DNA from: Octopus bimaculoides
Taxonomy: Eukaryota
Assembly (NCBI RefSeq): GCF_001194135.2
Contig: NC_069006.1
Location: forward strand, 16,122,018 to 16,186,004
DNA length: 63,987 nucleotides
Reading direction: 5' to 3'
The position numbers were made by a program, and so were the translations under genes. A model generated the notes under the pieces. That model did no database searches and was not told the DNA's origin. It was given only the letters and a program-made list of their open reading frames with translations. Positions 11,383-22,863 of this stretch are shown piece by piece (the first letter of the stretch is position 1; each line of letters opens with the position of its first letter).

Positions 11383-12126
11383 CTCCAAGTGAAAGGACGA
11401 TTGCATGATGCTTGTGTATGAACTGTAATGCTGCATGGTAGTGAGACATGGGCCCTGAATGCAGAGGACGTGCAAAGGCTGGAGAAGGAACAAAGCTGGT
11501 TATGTGCCACTGGGCGTGCAATGGAATACTGGTGTAATGAGGGACAAGTTGGGCATAAGAGGAATTATATGCAGTGTGCAAGACAGGAAACTGCACTGGC
11601 TTAGTCATGTGATGCAGATGGATAAGGATAGTTGCATAAAGAAGTGCTGATCACTTAAAGTGGAGGGAAGTTGGGAAAGAGGGAGACCCTTGGGAAAGAG
11701 GGAGACCCTTGGGAAAGAGGGAGACCCTTGGGAAAGAGGGAGACCCTTGGGAAAGAGGGAGACCCATGACGTCATGAGATGAAGGTTTGAAGGCTGATCT
11801 CAAAATGCTGAACCTTACAAAGGAGATGACAGAGGAGCAAGATATGTGGTGTATTGCTGTACTTGAGAAGACCTGCATACCACAGCACGACTGAGATCCT
11901 AGAACCAAGGTGTCATGTAAAAAGCACTGGCACTGGTGCCACTTAAAAAGCACCTGTGAAGGCGCCACATAAAAAGCACTCAGTACACTCTGTGGAGTTG
12001 TTGGCATTAGGAAGAGCATTCAGCTGTAGAAACCAGGGCAAAAACAGACTATGAAACCTGGTGCATCCTCTGGCTTTACCAAACCCTGTCAAACTATTCA
12101 ACCCATGCCAGTATAGAAAACAGACA
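11383..12126 (+). mobile_element. RTE-clade LINE 3' fragment (decayed ORF2 C-terminus and 3' UTR)
   Basis: Translates to KGRLHDACV*TVMLHGSETWALNAEDVQRLE, RDKLGIRGIICSVQDRKLHWLSHVMQMDKDSCIKKC; stops and frameshifts. Confidence 0.85.
11671..11765 (+). repeat. 19-bp tandem repeat, 5 perfect copies
   Basis: (ttgggaaagagggagaccc)x5. Confidence 0.95.
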
Positions 12127-12354
12127 TTAACGCTTTCGATACCAACCCGGCTGAAACCAGCTCTGGCTCTGAGTACAAATGTTTTGTTTTCATAAGTTTT
12201 GAATTAAAATCTTCCACCAAACCTTAGTCACAATTTATGTTCCTAACACTAGCTTAATGATAACTAAGTTATTTTACTAAATTCTTTGTTATATTTAAAG
12301 TAATTCAAAGAAACAAAGAACATCTCAAAATAAATACAGTAATGAAAGGGTTAA
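12127..12354 (+). mobile_element. TTAA-flanked MITE (piggyBac-like ends), family 1
   Basis: ttaa|cgcttt...aaaggg|ttaa; homologous to 16822-17030 (inverted) and 60210-60378. Confidence 0.75.
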
Positions 12355-12535
12355 ATGACTTTAGGTTCTGAGTTCAAATCCTGCCAACATCTACTAAATT
12401 TTTCATCCTTGAAGGAGAGTCAATAAAGCTAAGTACCACTTAAATAATGGTATCAATATAAATGACAACACTTTTTCTCTAACATCAGTTGGGTACTCTA
12501 TTACAACTGTACATAACTGCAATTATTTTTAGTTA

Positions 12536-12668
12536 AGCCATAGTTGAGAAATAGGTGATACAAGTGCGATTATATGATATTTCTGCTAGCTGTAAGCAAC
12601 ACAGACATGATATAATTAATAGTTCTAGTTAAGCAGTATGTGGTAAAATATAATAATTGTAATATTCA
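12536..12668 (+). repeat. 133-bp direct repeat, left copy
   Basis: Aligns with 13313-13445, roughly 80-85% identical by eye. Confidence 0.85.
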
Positions 12669-12705
12669 TATAGGGGATGCTGGTATTTTAAAAATACCTC
12701 ACATA

Positions 12706-13310
12706 ATGACAATCATGCCCTGCATAGTTACATGCTGCCCTTTGGCATAGCACCTGTTCAGCCATCCTGCCAGGGATATGGCAAAGTCATGGGATTACAG
12801 CATGGAGGATTGTGAAAAAGTAGCAGAAGAGCTCAACTGAGCCAATAGTGCTTCTTAGATTGATGATGAGCAAGCAGAAGAATCCTTGAAGATCAATGGT
12901 CAGGATCACCAATCTCTGTCAAGAGAGTAACTGCAATGCATCTTATTTCTTTATTGCCCACAAGGGGCTAAACATAGAGGGGACAAACAAGGACAGACAA
13001 AGGGATTAAGTCGATTACAGCAACCCCAGTGCGTAACTGGTACTTAATTTATCGACCCCGTAAGGATGAAAGGCAAAGTCGTCCTCAGCGGAATTTGAAC
13101 TCAGAACGTTAAGACAGACGAAATACCACTAAGCATTTTGCCCGGCGTGCTAACATTTCTACCAGCTCGCCGCTGCAATGCATCTATAAGGATAGCATCC
13201 ACAGTTGTGTAACCACTATGACTCAAGTTCCCAATTCAAATCCGTAATAATGGAATTGGATGGCAACAGAGTCATAGGAATTCGTGAAAGCAGAGAAAAA
13301 ACAAAAAAGT
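12706..13310 (+). mobile_element. Unclassified A-tailed repeat, interrupted by SINE B
   Basis: Homologous to the reverse complement of 18935-19300; A-rich 3' end. Confidence 0.6.
12944..13172 (-). mobile_element. SINE family B, full length
   Basis: 13-bp TSD ctgcaatgcatct at 12931-12943 and 13173-13185. Confidence 0.92.
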
Positions 13311-13312
13311 TA

Positions 13313-13445
13313 TGTCATAGCTGAGAAATAGGTAATACAAATGTGATTACATGATTATTTCTGCTAGCTGTAAGCAACATAGACATGATATAATTAACAG
13401 CTCTAGTTAAGTAGAAGGTGGTAAAACATACCAACGTAACATTCA
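13313..13445 (+). repeat. 133-bp direct repeat, right copy
   Basis: See 12536-12668. Confidence 0.85.
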
Positions 13446-14119
13446 TTGGCCCTGGGCAACAGAAATGTTATATCAAATGACAGAATGAATACTAGACTTT
13501 TAAAAACAAATAGGTGTAGGAGACGATTCGTTCGCTTTCATTTCTCTCTCTCTTCCCTTTATAAATGACTTTGCTCAGATTCCGATTCTTATTGTTTCAC
13601 TTAACTAGGTAGAAATTCACCATTCCTTTGCCTACTTCATTTGGCATCAGGCAACCACATCTCATTGCTCATGTGTGCATGCCAAATCCTAAATTCAAAA
13701 ACAGATTCAAATCAAAATTCGTAATCAAAATTCAAGCCCTTCCCGTCCCCTACCTCTACATTAGCAAAGGGGTTTTTTTATGTTCTTTTTTAATTTTAAT
13801 ACTGGTTTCAGAGACTGATTGCAGCCATGCTGGGATAATGCCTTTCTAGGGTAGAGACACAATAATTACAACACACACACACACACACAAATAACAGGTC
13901 TCTGCACAGTCGCCATCTAAACCAATTTCATTCGCAAGATCAACTCAAGATTTCTGTGTAAGAAATTTGTCATAAGTGCCACACAGTGAACTTGAACTGA
14001 GAGTTATGTAGCTACAAAGCAAACCTGCATAACCACATAGCTATGCTTCCTCCTATAATCAAATTAGTGACTACATACTCAACTCTAGGGTGAATGACCA
14101 TGGGACTGCACAAGTCCAA

Positions 14120-14375
14120 GCAAGGTCGTTTATGGAAGACCAGCAGTCGCCCATGCATACCGGCCTCCCCTCTTCACGCCACCAATGTTGTCCAAGAGAA
14201 AAACAAAGGCCAATACAGCTAGGCACCACTGACGTTGCAACACATTTCTACAGATGAGTGAACGGGAGCAAAGTGAAATAAAGTGTCTTGCTCAAGAACA
14301 CAACACACAGCCCGATCTGAGAATTGAACTTACTACCTCGTAATTGTAAGCCTGGTACTCTAACAACTTAGCCAT
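14120..14375 (-). mobile_element. tRNA-headed SINE, family D-like
   Basis: Minus strand tggctaagttgttagag..agttcaattc head and tgtgttcttgagcaagacactttatttcac core, similar to 52050-52306. Confidence 0.65.
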
Positions 14376-14835
14376 GCACCTTCACCATACTCAACACTAT
14401 GTAAGTTATATTTATTACCTACAGAAACCTCTTTGGATTTCTGGTGTTCTTCATCAATGATCCAAGATTTTCCTGGTAGAACAGTTAAGAAGTTCATTTC
14501 ACAACAATGAGATCCCACATTTGATCTGACAGCTTGACAATAAAACCTTGATTTGACCCCATACCTTATGAATGTAACTAGGGAGGCAGAAACTGTAGGC
14601 CAGAATCCCATTAGATGTATTGCACCTGTAATTTCAAACGGTACACACAGCCTTGTTACATAATGATTAACTGATTCTGCCAGAGAATTACATTAAGTGT
14701 AAGTATCTCAATGGAATGTTCAGCCACTTAGACATCAACTCAGAAGCAAGAACTTCAAATGATCAAACATATGAATCTTTACAGCCAAACAAGAGAGATC
14801 CTCCTACACCACAATATATCATAATGCATGTCCTA

Positions 14836-14885
<50 letters not shown>

Positions 14886-14955
14886 CATATACATATATCA
14901 AAACAAGTTATGTGTGCCTGTATGTATATATATATATACATACATATATATATAC

Positions 14956-15267
14956 TGGGAGAATAATGCCTGTCATCGCCACGGATGGAGGAAGCAGGTT
15001 AAGGAGGGGATTGACACTTTTGAGAGAGCACGTTTCCAGCATGAAGAACTTAAGCGAGCTGCACGAAAGTGCACAGCTCATATAGTGAATGGGAAAAGCT
15101 TAATCTGCAATGTTTGCAGTCGTGTATGCTTGTCAAGAGCAGGGCTCATTAGTCACCAACGGAGCCATAAATGCAAAATATAAATATAAGTTAGTCCTAG
15201 AGCGCACAATGTTCCTGAAAGTCGGCAATGGTCTTCCTCGGTCACGAGTGGACAGCCATCATCATCA

Positions 15268-15268
<1 letters not shown>
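14956..15268 (+). mobile_element. RTE-clade LINE 3' end with C-terminal C2H2 finger
   Basis: WENNACHRHGWRKQVKEGIDTFE..LKRAARK..CNVCSRVCLSRAGLISHQRSH* followed by short UTR and (CAT)n tail. Confidence 0.75.
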
Positions 15269-15315
<47 letters not shown>

Positions 15316-15334
15316 AACAAACAAACAGACACAC

Positions 15335-15748
15335 ATTCTTTTATTCTTTTACTTGTTTCAGTCATTTGACTGTGGCCATGCTGGGGCACTGTCTTGGAGG
15401 GTTTTAGTCTCAGAAATCAATCCTAGGACTTCTTTTTTTTTTTTTTTTAACCTAGTACTTATTCTATCGGTCTCTTTGGCTGAACTGCTAAGTTACAGGG
15501 ACAGTTGTCAAGCAATAGTGGAGGGCAAACAGACACAATGACACATAAATAAATAAATAAATATATATACACACACACACATATATATAACAGGCTTCTT
15601 TCAGTTTCCATCTACCAGATCCACTCACAAGGCTTTGGTCAGCCTGAGGCTATAATAGAAGATACTTGCCCAAGGTGCCACACAGTGGGACTGAACCTGG
15701 AACCATGTGGTTGGGAAGTAAGCTTCTTAGCACACAGCCATGCCTGTA
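15335..15748 (-). mobile_element. SINE family A, near full length
   Basis: Head, core and tail all present. Confidence 0.9.
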
Positions 15749-15774
15749 CATATATGTTTGTGTCTCAGAACAGA

Positions 15775-15925
15775 AAATTATGCATTGAAAAGGGCATCCA
15801 GCTATAGAAACAATACCAAAACTAATGTTAAAGCTTGATGTGGCCCTGGGACTCACAAGATCCTGTCAAACAGTTCAACCCATGCCAGCATGGAAAGGAG
15901 GCATTAAATGGTGATGAGGATAATG
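15775..15925 (+). mobile_element. RTE-type 3' tail fragment
   Basis: aagggcatccagctatagaa..aacccatgccagcatggaa..tgatga. Confidence 0.65.
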
Positions 15926-16524
15926 ATATATAAATATACAATTTATATACAATATTACTTGTGTGTGTGTGTGATAAAATAAAAAGATTTAAAGCTGCTG
16001 TTTCTAGCATAACGTGTGACCTTATAGAGGTAAAAGAAGGTCTGCATATCTTCCCCACTCCAATTATACACCACTCTAGTACCTCACCACTAAAATCCAA
16101 TTCATGCAGTACCACCCCTGTCCAAGTCCACCTAATGTACCTCAGCCTTTTGTCACCATGCCTATATCATGTTTTATTCTTTCCAACTGAAGAAAAAAAA
16201 CCTCATTCCAGAATTTTAACCGACTGACATCCCTGCAACAATTTCCTCTGAGCTCTATTTATTCACTTACTTATTTATTTCATATTGCAATTTGTTCACA
16301 ATGGTGTCTCTGGTTACACGTTTCCTAAGAAACAACCACTGTAATTCTGACGCCAACACTGAAAGGGGAGTGTCACTGGGTTTTAGTATCAGTCTCATGC
16401 CTATTCACTTCGCCATTGTATCTTAGTACAACACACACACAAAATACTTTTCCACAAAATTTCCATCTACCAAATTCCATACACTAAATATTTTTAAGCC
16501 TTTAAGCATTCACACTATTCTGTC

Positions 16525-16710
16525 ATCATCATGCATCTCGTTTTCCATGCTGCCATGGGCTCGATGGTTTGACCAGAGCCAGTAAGGCCAGGGCCCCTGC
16601 GCTAGGCTCCATTATTTGTTCTGGCATGATTTCTATGCCTGGATGCCCTTCCTAATGCCAACCACTCCACAGAGTGTACTGGGTGCTTTTTGTGTGGCAC
16701 CAGTGCTTAT
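16525..16710 (-). mobile_element. RTE-type 3' tail fragment
   Basis: ggatgcccttcctaatgccaaccactcc block. Confidence 0.7.
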
Positions 16711-16821
16711 TTATTCTCATTGTTTTGAATAAATCATGCATTATTTTGTAGCTTCAAGATTTTCATGAAGTAACTGTTAACTTTTAGAATGACATTATAG
16801 GGTAAGCCAGATCTGACCAGT

Positions 16822-17030
16822 TTAACCCTTTTGTTACTGTATTAATTTTGAGATGCTGTGTGTTTCTTTCAATTACTTTTAAAATAACTTAGTTATCATT
16901 CAGCTAGTGTTAGGAACATAAATTGTGACTAAAGTTTGGTGGAAGATTCTAATTCAGAACTTACGAAAACAAGATATTTGTACTACAGAGCCAGAGCCGG
17001 TTTCAGCCAGATTGGTAATGAAAGGGTTAA
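16822..17030 (-). mobile_element. TTAA-flanked MITE, family 1
   Basis: ttaa|cccttt...aaaggg|ttaa. Confidence 0.8.
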
Positions 17031-17324
17031 ACATAAAACAGGAAGGGTATTTTGGTGGAATATGGCCAGTTCGAGTGCTAAAGAGTTAAACCAAGTCTAT
17101 GACAGTAAAAGTATCTTTGGCTTTCTATGCTGTGGAATCAAACCCAAAATCTTGTGGTTAAAATCAAACTTGTTACTTCACATCCATGGCAACACCAGTT
17201 ATTCTGTAACATTCTACTACAAGCATCAACCTGCAGCAAACAAGTCACAGAGGTAGCTTCTCTGCTGTCAGTCAACCTGCTGGAAACAGCAGCCAAATAT
17301 CTTGTACATCCTACCCAAATGTCT

Positions 17325-17541
17325 TTAACTCTTCAGCACTCATATTATTCTGTCAAATGTAATGCTTTTTCATTCACATTGTTTTTAATTAATGATGCAT
17401 TGTTTTGTAACTTCAAACATTATGATGACATGATTTGTAGCAGAGAAGGGTAGATGTAAGAGACTGGATCTGGCTGGTTAAAAGATGAAATAGATAGCAT
17501 ATTTGGACCAGATATAGCCAGTTTAAATGCTAAAGAGTCAA
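17325..17541 (-). mobile_element. TTAA-flanked MITE, family 2
   Basis: ttaactcttcagca...tgctaaagagtcaa; homologous to 60620-60851. Confidence 0.7.
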
Positions 17542-17765
17542 CCATTTAGCATTCACAATATTGTCAAAAGTAATGCTTATTTATTCGCATTGTTTTGGCT
17601 TAGTTTTATGCATTATCTCATAGCTTTAAGATTTTGATGAGGTAAATGTTAATTTTTAGAATAATATCATAGGGTTGGTGTGAAAGGCCAGATTTGGCCA
17701 GTTTGAACATAAAATAAGTGAAATATTTCGGCCAGATATGACTAGTTTAAATGCTAAAGGATTAA
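17538..17765 (-). mobile_element. TTAA-flanked MITE, family 2, tandem second copy
   Basis: tcaaccatttagca...tgctaaaggattaa. Confidence 0.7.
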
Positions 17766-18934
17766 AAAATTTCAAAAGGGGAAGGACATATCGAATTATG
17801 TGGCAGTCTTGAAAACAATAGTTTGGAGAGTCATGGCAGGAAGTTTTTTGATTGTAAAATAAGTCAGACAGAGCAGGACTAATCTAAACAACAAATATGT
17901 CTGGAAAAAACAAGTTGGAATGATCATGACCAGGATGCCTTTAATCACAGAATACACAGAATAGATTTCCTCAATCGGGACAGATGTAGACCTAAGCTAC
18001 ATCCTGCTTTTTCGGATGATGGCATCGCAATAGCCAAATAAACACAGCATATACTAACATCACAAATGAAGAAAATAATCCTTTCTGCCAGAGTGATATT
18101 GCTGATAGCCTGACTGAATGCATCTCTAGTAGCCTGTGGTGATTCCTATATTCTATGATGAATAAATTTAGTTCTTTCCAAGCAAATGAACTATGTTTAT
18201 GAAGACGGACTTAAATTTGTGTATGCATGCATGTACCGTGTAGTTGTTTTACATGTATATAGACACACACACACACACACATATCTACATGAGTATACAT
18301 ATCAATGTACATACACATTCACAGACACAAATGCATACGTATGTGCACAAACACATGCACATACAAATATGTATAGAGCTAAGTCTAACAGTTAATAGTT
18401 ATGTTTTAAAACATATATATATATCTTTGTATGTGAAACAAACTCACATACTAGTATGTAAGTGTAGCATTATGTTTATACATGTATGTATATGTTTATG
18501 CATACACACACACGTACACACATGCATGTACGCACATACACACACATGTACATGCACACATCATGACTCAGAAGTCACTTTAGCATTTAAATTATATGTA
18601 AAAATTTATATATTTTTTTTAATATTATTACAACATTGTTTCTATATTTTTTGATATTATATTTACTATATTACTGTGAATATTTCACAATAGTTATTTG
18701 TTCATTTAATGTCTATTTCCCCATGCTAGTAATAAGTTAGATGGAAGGTTATTTCAAGAAGGATCTTGTGGTCAGATGCCCTTCCAATCACCAACCCTTA
18801 CCCATGTTTTACAAGTAGAAAAATGTTTCATTCTTCAACGGTGCCGAATGACCAGTCATAAAGGAACATCAACAGCACTACTATTTTATTCATGTAGTGA
18901 CAAGCATGGAATATCCACATTCATGCACATGTAT

Positions 18935-19460
18935 TTTTTTTTTTTGCTGATTCCCATGACTCCCTGTCACCATCCAATTCCATTATCATGAATTTGAATT
19001 GAAAGCTTGAATCATAATGAATCTTTCATTAGCTGATTACACAACCGTGGACACTACTCCTATGGATGCGTTGCAGTTAATCTCTTGGTGATCCTGATCA
19101 TTAATCTTCAGGGATTCCTCCACTCAGCATCACTGTAAGAAACACTATTGGCTCAAACGAGCTCTTCTCCTACCCCTTCACAATCCACCATGCTGCAGTC
19201 CCATGACTTTGCCATATCCCAGGCAAGGTGGTTGAATGGGTGCTACACCTCACCAAAAGTAACTGTGCAGGGCACAGTCATCCCTCCATGTGGTGTTTTC
19301 AGGGATCCTGACCACTGACCCTCTGGGATTCCTCTGTTCAGCATCAGCATCAATGTACAAAGCCTCATTGGTTCAGATGAGTTCTTCTGCCTCTTCAGAC
19401 TCCTCCATGCTGCAGTCCAATGATTTCAGCATCTCCCTGGCAAAGAGGCTGAATGGGTGT
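18935..19460 (-). mobile_element. Unclassified A-tailed repeat with internal ~220-bp duplication
   Basis: 19085-19240 aligns with 19305-19460; homologous to 12706-13310. Confidence 0.6.
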
Positions 19461-19929
19461 TAAGCTAGAACAGACAGCAGAGCTTGGCACACCAGCTCCT
19501 GTGAAACCATCCAACCCATGCCAGCATGGAAGGAGGATGTCAGATGATGATGATGATGACAGCAACTACAACAATGGCAGTGGTAGTGGCAGTGATGATG
19601 ATGATGACGACGACGATGACGGTCATGGTCGTGGTGGTGGTGGTGGGGTATATGAACTGTACCAGTATTTCGTAAGAGCCAGCTTTGTCACACAGTGTCC
19701 TGGCTCAGTTTGTGAACCTGAGAATTGTATAAGTGTATAAGTGTCCCTGTAAATCTCACTGAATTGCATAATACTTTCTTCTGAATGAGCGAATACTATA
19801 ACTGAAATGGCAAAAATACTTTTACACAGAGAGTATTTTAGAAATTATGTTTGCATGCATATTGTGTGTGTGTGTGTATATATATGTATATATTGTTTTC
19901 TGTCCGCCACTACATTCCTCCATGGTACA

Positions 19930-20394
19930 AATTTAATTTGTGGTCCGTGGGAAGAGCCATTCTAACGATGCATCCTGCCCTAACTCTTCGAAACGCTTAG
20001 TTTTAGAATGGTGGCAGCTGATGAAGGAAATGTTCTCTATGTGGCGTGTGTGTTTTCTGTACTCTGTTTATCATTTTGTCCACGTTTTTTTTTTTGCAAC
20101 GTCCTGTACCCAGATATGCATCTATATATACATGTAGATGTAGGTATGTACATACATGTACGTATATATGTATATACTCATTTATTATTTGTATTATATA
20201 TGATTGACCGTTGACTGAACACTATTCAATTTTTTTTCTCCGTGTTTTTCTCCTTGTTTTCTCTGTATTCTTTCTGTTGAAGAGCGTAGCTCGAAACGTT
20301 AAAGACTTTCCGTATTCCCGAGCGTCAAACTAATACATCCTTTTGTTGTTTACACCACCTGTCCTCATCTGTTGTTGTTTTTTCATACATTCTC

Positions 20395-20397
<3 letters not shown>
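19930..20397 (+). mobile_element. Penelope-like repeat, longest copy in window
   Basis: Joins the segments seen separately at 860, 2350, 5500 and 33960; contains hammerhead-like fold; ends in (TA)n. Confidence 0.65.
20269..20305 (+). ncRNA. Minimal hammerhead-like fold with CUGUUGA core variant
   Basis: TCTTT-CTGTTGA-A-GAGC gta GCTC-GAAAC-GTT-AAAGA; palindromic ACGT stem III. Confidence 0.5.
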
Positions 20398-20431
<34 letters not shown>

Positions 20432-21020
20432 CACACACACACATGCACACACACATTTATTGCATAGATAATATATGTAGTTAGAGTGTGCAGAGATAAT
20501 TGTTGTTTATTCGGCTGGACCATTAAAGAGCAAGAAACTGACTTAATAGTTGTGGCTGGGAACTTACAATCTAAAATTCATCTAAAAATCATACAAGCAT
20601 GGAGGAAAACGGACAGGAAATGAAAACTGAAGCAAACAATTAATACAACAATGGCAGTGGCGGTGGTGACGGTGGTGGTAGTGGTCATAATGGTCGTGGT
20701 GGTTATGGCTGCAGTGGGGGGAGGGGGGTAAGGGACAATGGTAGTCATGCTCAAGAGACTGGGAGTTATGGTAATGAAAATGATAATGATGATGTTGATA
20801 AATAGAAAGATGTGTGAGTATGGCAACAATGTGAACAATGAAGACAATAGCAAGCATGACTTAATGGAGATGAAGTGATGCATTTAAGAGGCAGAACGGT
20901 TCCTTCTAATTACACACACACACACACACATATATATTATATATATCATTCATATATATATATATATATATGATATATCATATATCTCATATATATATAT
21001 AGAGAGAGATTATATATAGA

Positions 21021-21396
21021 TTCTTTTGTAAACAATGTGCAGATGCAAGTGCTACCATTTGAAAGCTCTGCATACCGGATGCTAGCAAGTTTCTAGGGTC
21101 ATCAGGAGAGAATGTGCGCGGTTTTGAGACCTTTCTCTTGACAGTATCACTGTGCCCCAGCCCCGCTCCCCCTCACTGAGCTGAGGCCCCTGCTTGCTAG
21201 ATCAACTGGTTATTAGGTTTCACTCAATATTTCTCTAGCCATCGCTCATCGTCTCTTTTTAACCAAATCCAGCGGTTTGCCTTCTCCACTGTAGACTGGA
21301 TATCATTCATGGTTGTATTTGCTTTATGATGAGTTAGGCCTTGCGATAACAACAACAGCCTCACACTGTGTCCGATGAATCCTCCACATCCGACAT

Positions 21397-21397
<1 letters not shown>
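21021..21397 (-). mobile_element. RLE-type LINE 3' end, HERO-like
   Basis: DVGCGGFIGHSVRLLLLSQGL..IQSTVEKANRWIWLKRDDERW resembles the EVGCRGF..AE+AS.W+WLKR C-terminus of HERO-clade LINEs. Confidence 0.65.
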
Positions 21398-21432
<35 letters not shown>

Positions 21433-22584
21433 TGATAGATAGATATGTATGCATGTGTGTGTGTATTTATATATGTATACACACATACGCGCGCACGCAC
21501 ACACACACACACTATGAGAGGGACAAGGGGAAAAGTAGGAGGAAAGAGAGGGGTTAGAAAGAGGGGGGTGAGAAAGAGGGGGGGAGAGAAAGGTAGACAG
21601 ATGGAAAGGGAGGACAAAGAGAAAGAAAGAATAAAGGAATGACAGAGANNNNNNNNNNNNNNNNNNNNNNNNNNNNNNNNNNNNNNNNNNNNNNNNNNNN
21701 NNNNNNNNNNNNNNNNNNNNNNNNNNNNNNNNNNNNNNNNNNNNNNNNNNNNNNNNNNNNNNNNNNNNNNNNNNNNNNNNNNNNNNNNNNNNNNNNNNNN
21801 NNNNNNNNNNNNNNNNNNNNNNNNNNNNNNNNNNNNNNNNNNNNNNNNNNNNNNNNNNNNNNNNNNNNNNNNNNNNNNNNNNNNNNNNNNNNNNNNNNNN
21901 NNNNNNNNNNNNNNNNNNNNNNNNNNNNNNNNNNNNNNNNNNNNNNNNNNNNNNNNNNNNNNNNNNNNNNNNNNNNNNNNNNNNNNNNNNNNNNNNNNNN
22001 NNNNNNNNNNNNNNNNNNNNNNNNNNNNNNNNNNNNNNNNNNNNNNNNNNNNNNNNNNNNNNNNNNNNNNNNNNNNNNNNNNNNNNNNNNNNNNNNNNNN
22101 NNNNNNNNNNNNNNNNNNNNNNNNNNNNNNNNNNNNNNNNNNNNNNNNNNNNNNNNNNNNNNNNNNNNNNNNNNNNNNNNNNNNNNNNNNNNNNNNNNNN
22201 NNNNNNNNNNNNNNNNNNNNNNNNNNNNNNNNNNNNNNNNNNNNNNNNNNNNNNNNNNNNNNNNNNNNNNNNNNNNNNNNNNNNNNNNNNNNNNNNNNNN
22301 NNNNNNNNNNNNNNNNNNNNNNNNNNNNNNNNNNNNNNNNNNNNNNNNNNNNNNNNNNNNNNNNNNNNNNNNNNNNNNNNNNNNNNNNNNNNNNNNNNNN
22401 NNNNNNNNNNNNNNNNNNNNNNNNNNNNNNNNNNNNNNNNNNNNNNNNNNNNNNNNNNNNNNNNNNNNNNNNNNNNNNNNNNNNNNNNNNNNNNNNNNNN
22501 NNNNNNNNNNNNNNNNNNNNNNNNNNNNNNNNNNNNNNNNNNNNNNNNNNNNNNNNNNNNNNNNNNAATATATCTATATTCTTT

Positions 22585-22820
22585 TTTTCCTTGTTTCAGT
22601 CGTTTGACTGCGGCCATGCTGCAGCACCGCCTTGAAGGGTTTTTAGACAAACAAATCAAACCTAGGACTTATTTTTGAAGCCTAGTACTTATTCTATCGA
22701 CCGCTTATGTCAGCCTGAGACTATAGTAGAAGACACTTGCCTTGCCCTATGTGCCACACATGCGACTGAACCCGGAACCATGCAGTTCAGAAGCAAGCTT
22801 CTTACCAAACAATTATGCCA
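22585..22820 (-). mobile_element. SINE family A with central deletion
   Basis: Tail joined directly to head. Confidence 0.75.
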
Positions 22821-22863
22821 GTATCTATATTATATTCTTTTTTTTTTTTTTTCTACACTAAAG

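Noticed and set aside
16100-16190. Strong minus-strand acceptor ttttttttcttcag
   Set aside because: Stops in all three frames shortly downstream; no convincing donor.
21085-21110. CTGATGA..GAAAC on the minus strand in the HERO-like UTR
   Set aside because: No stem II can form between the motifs.
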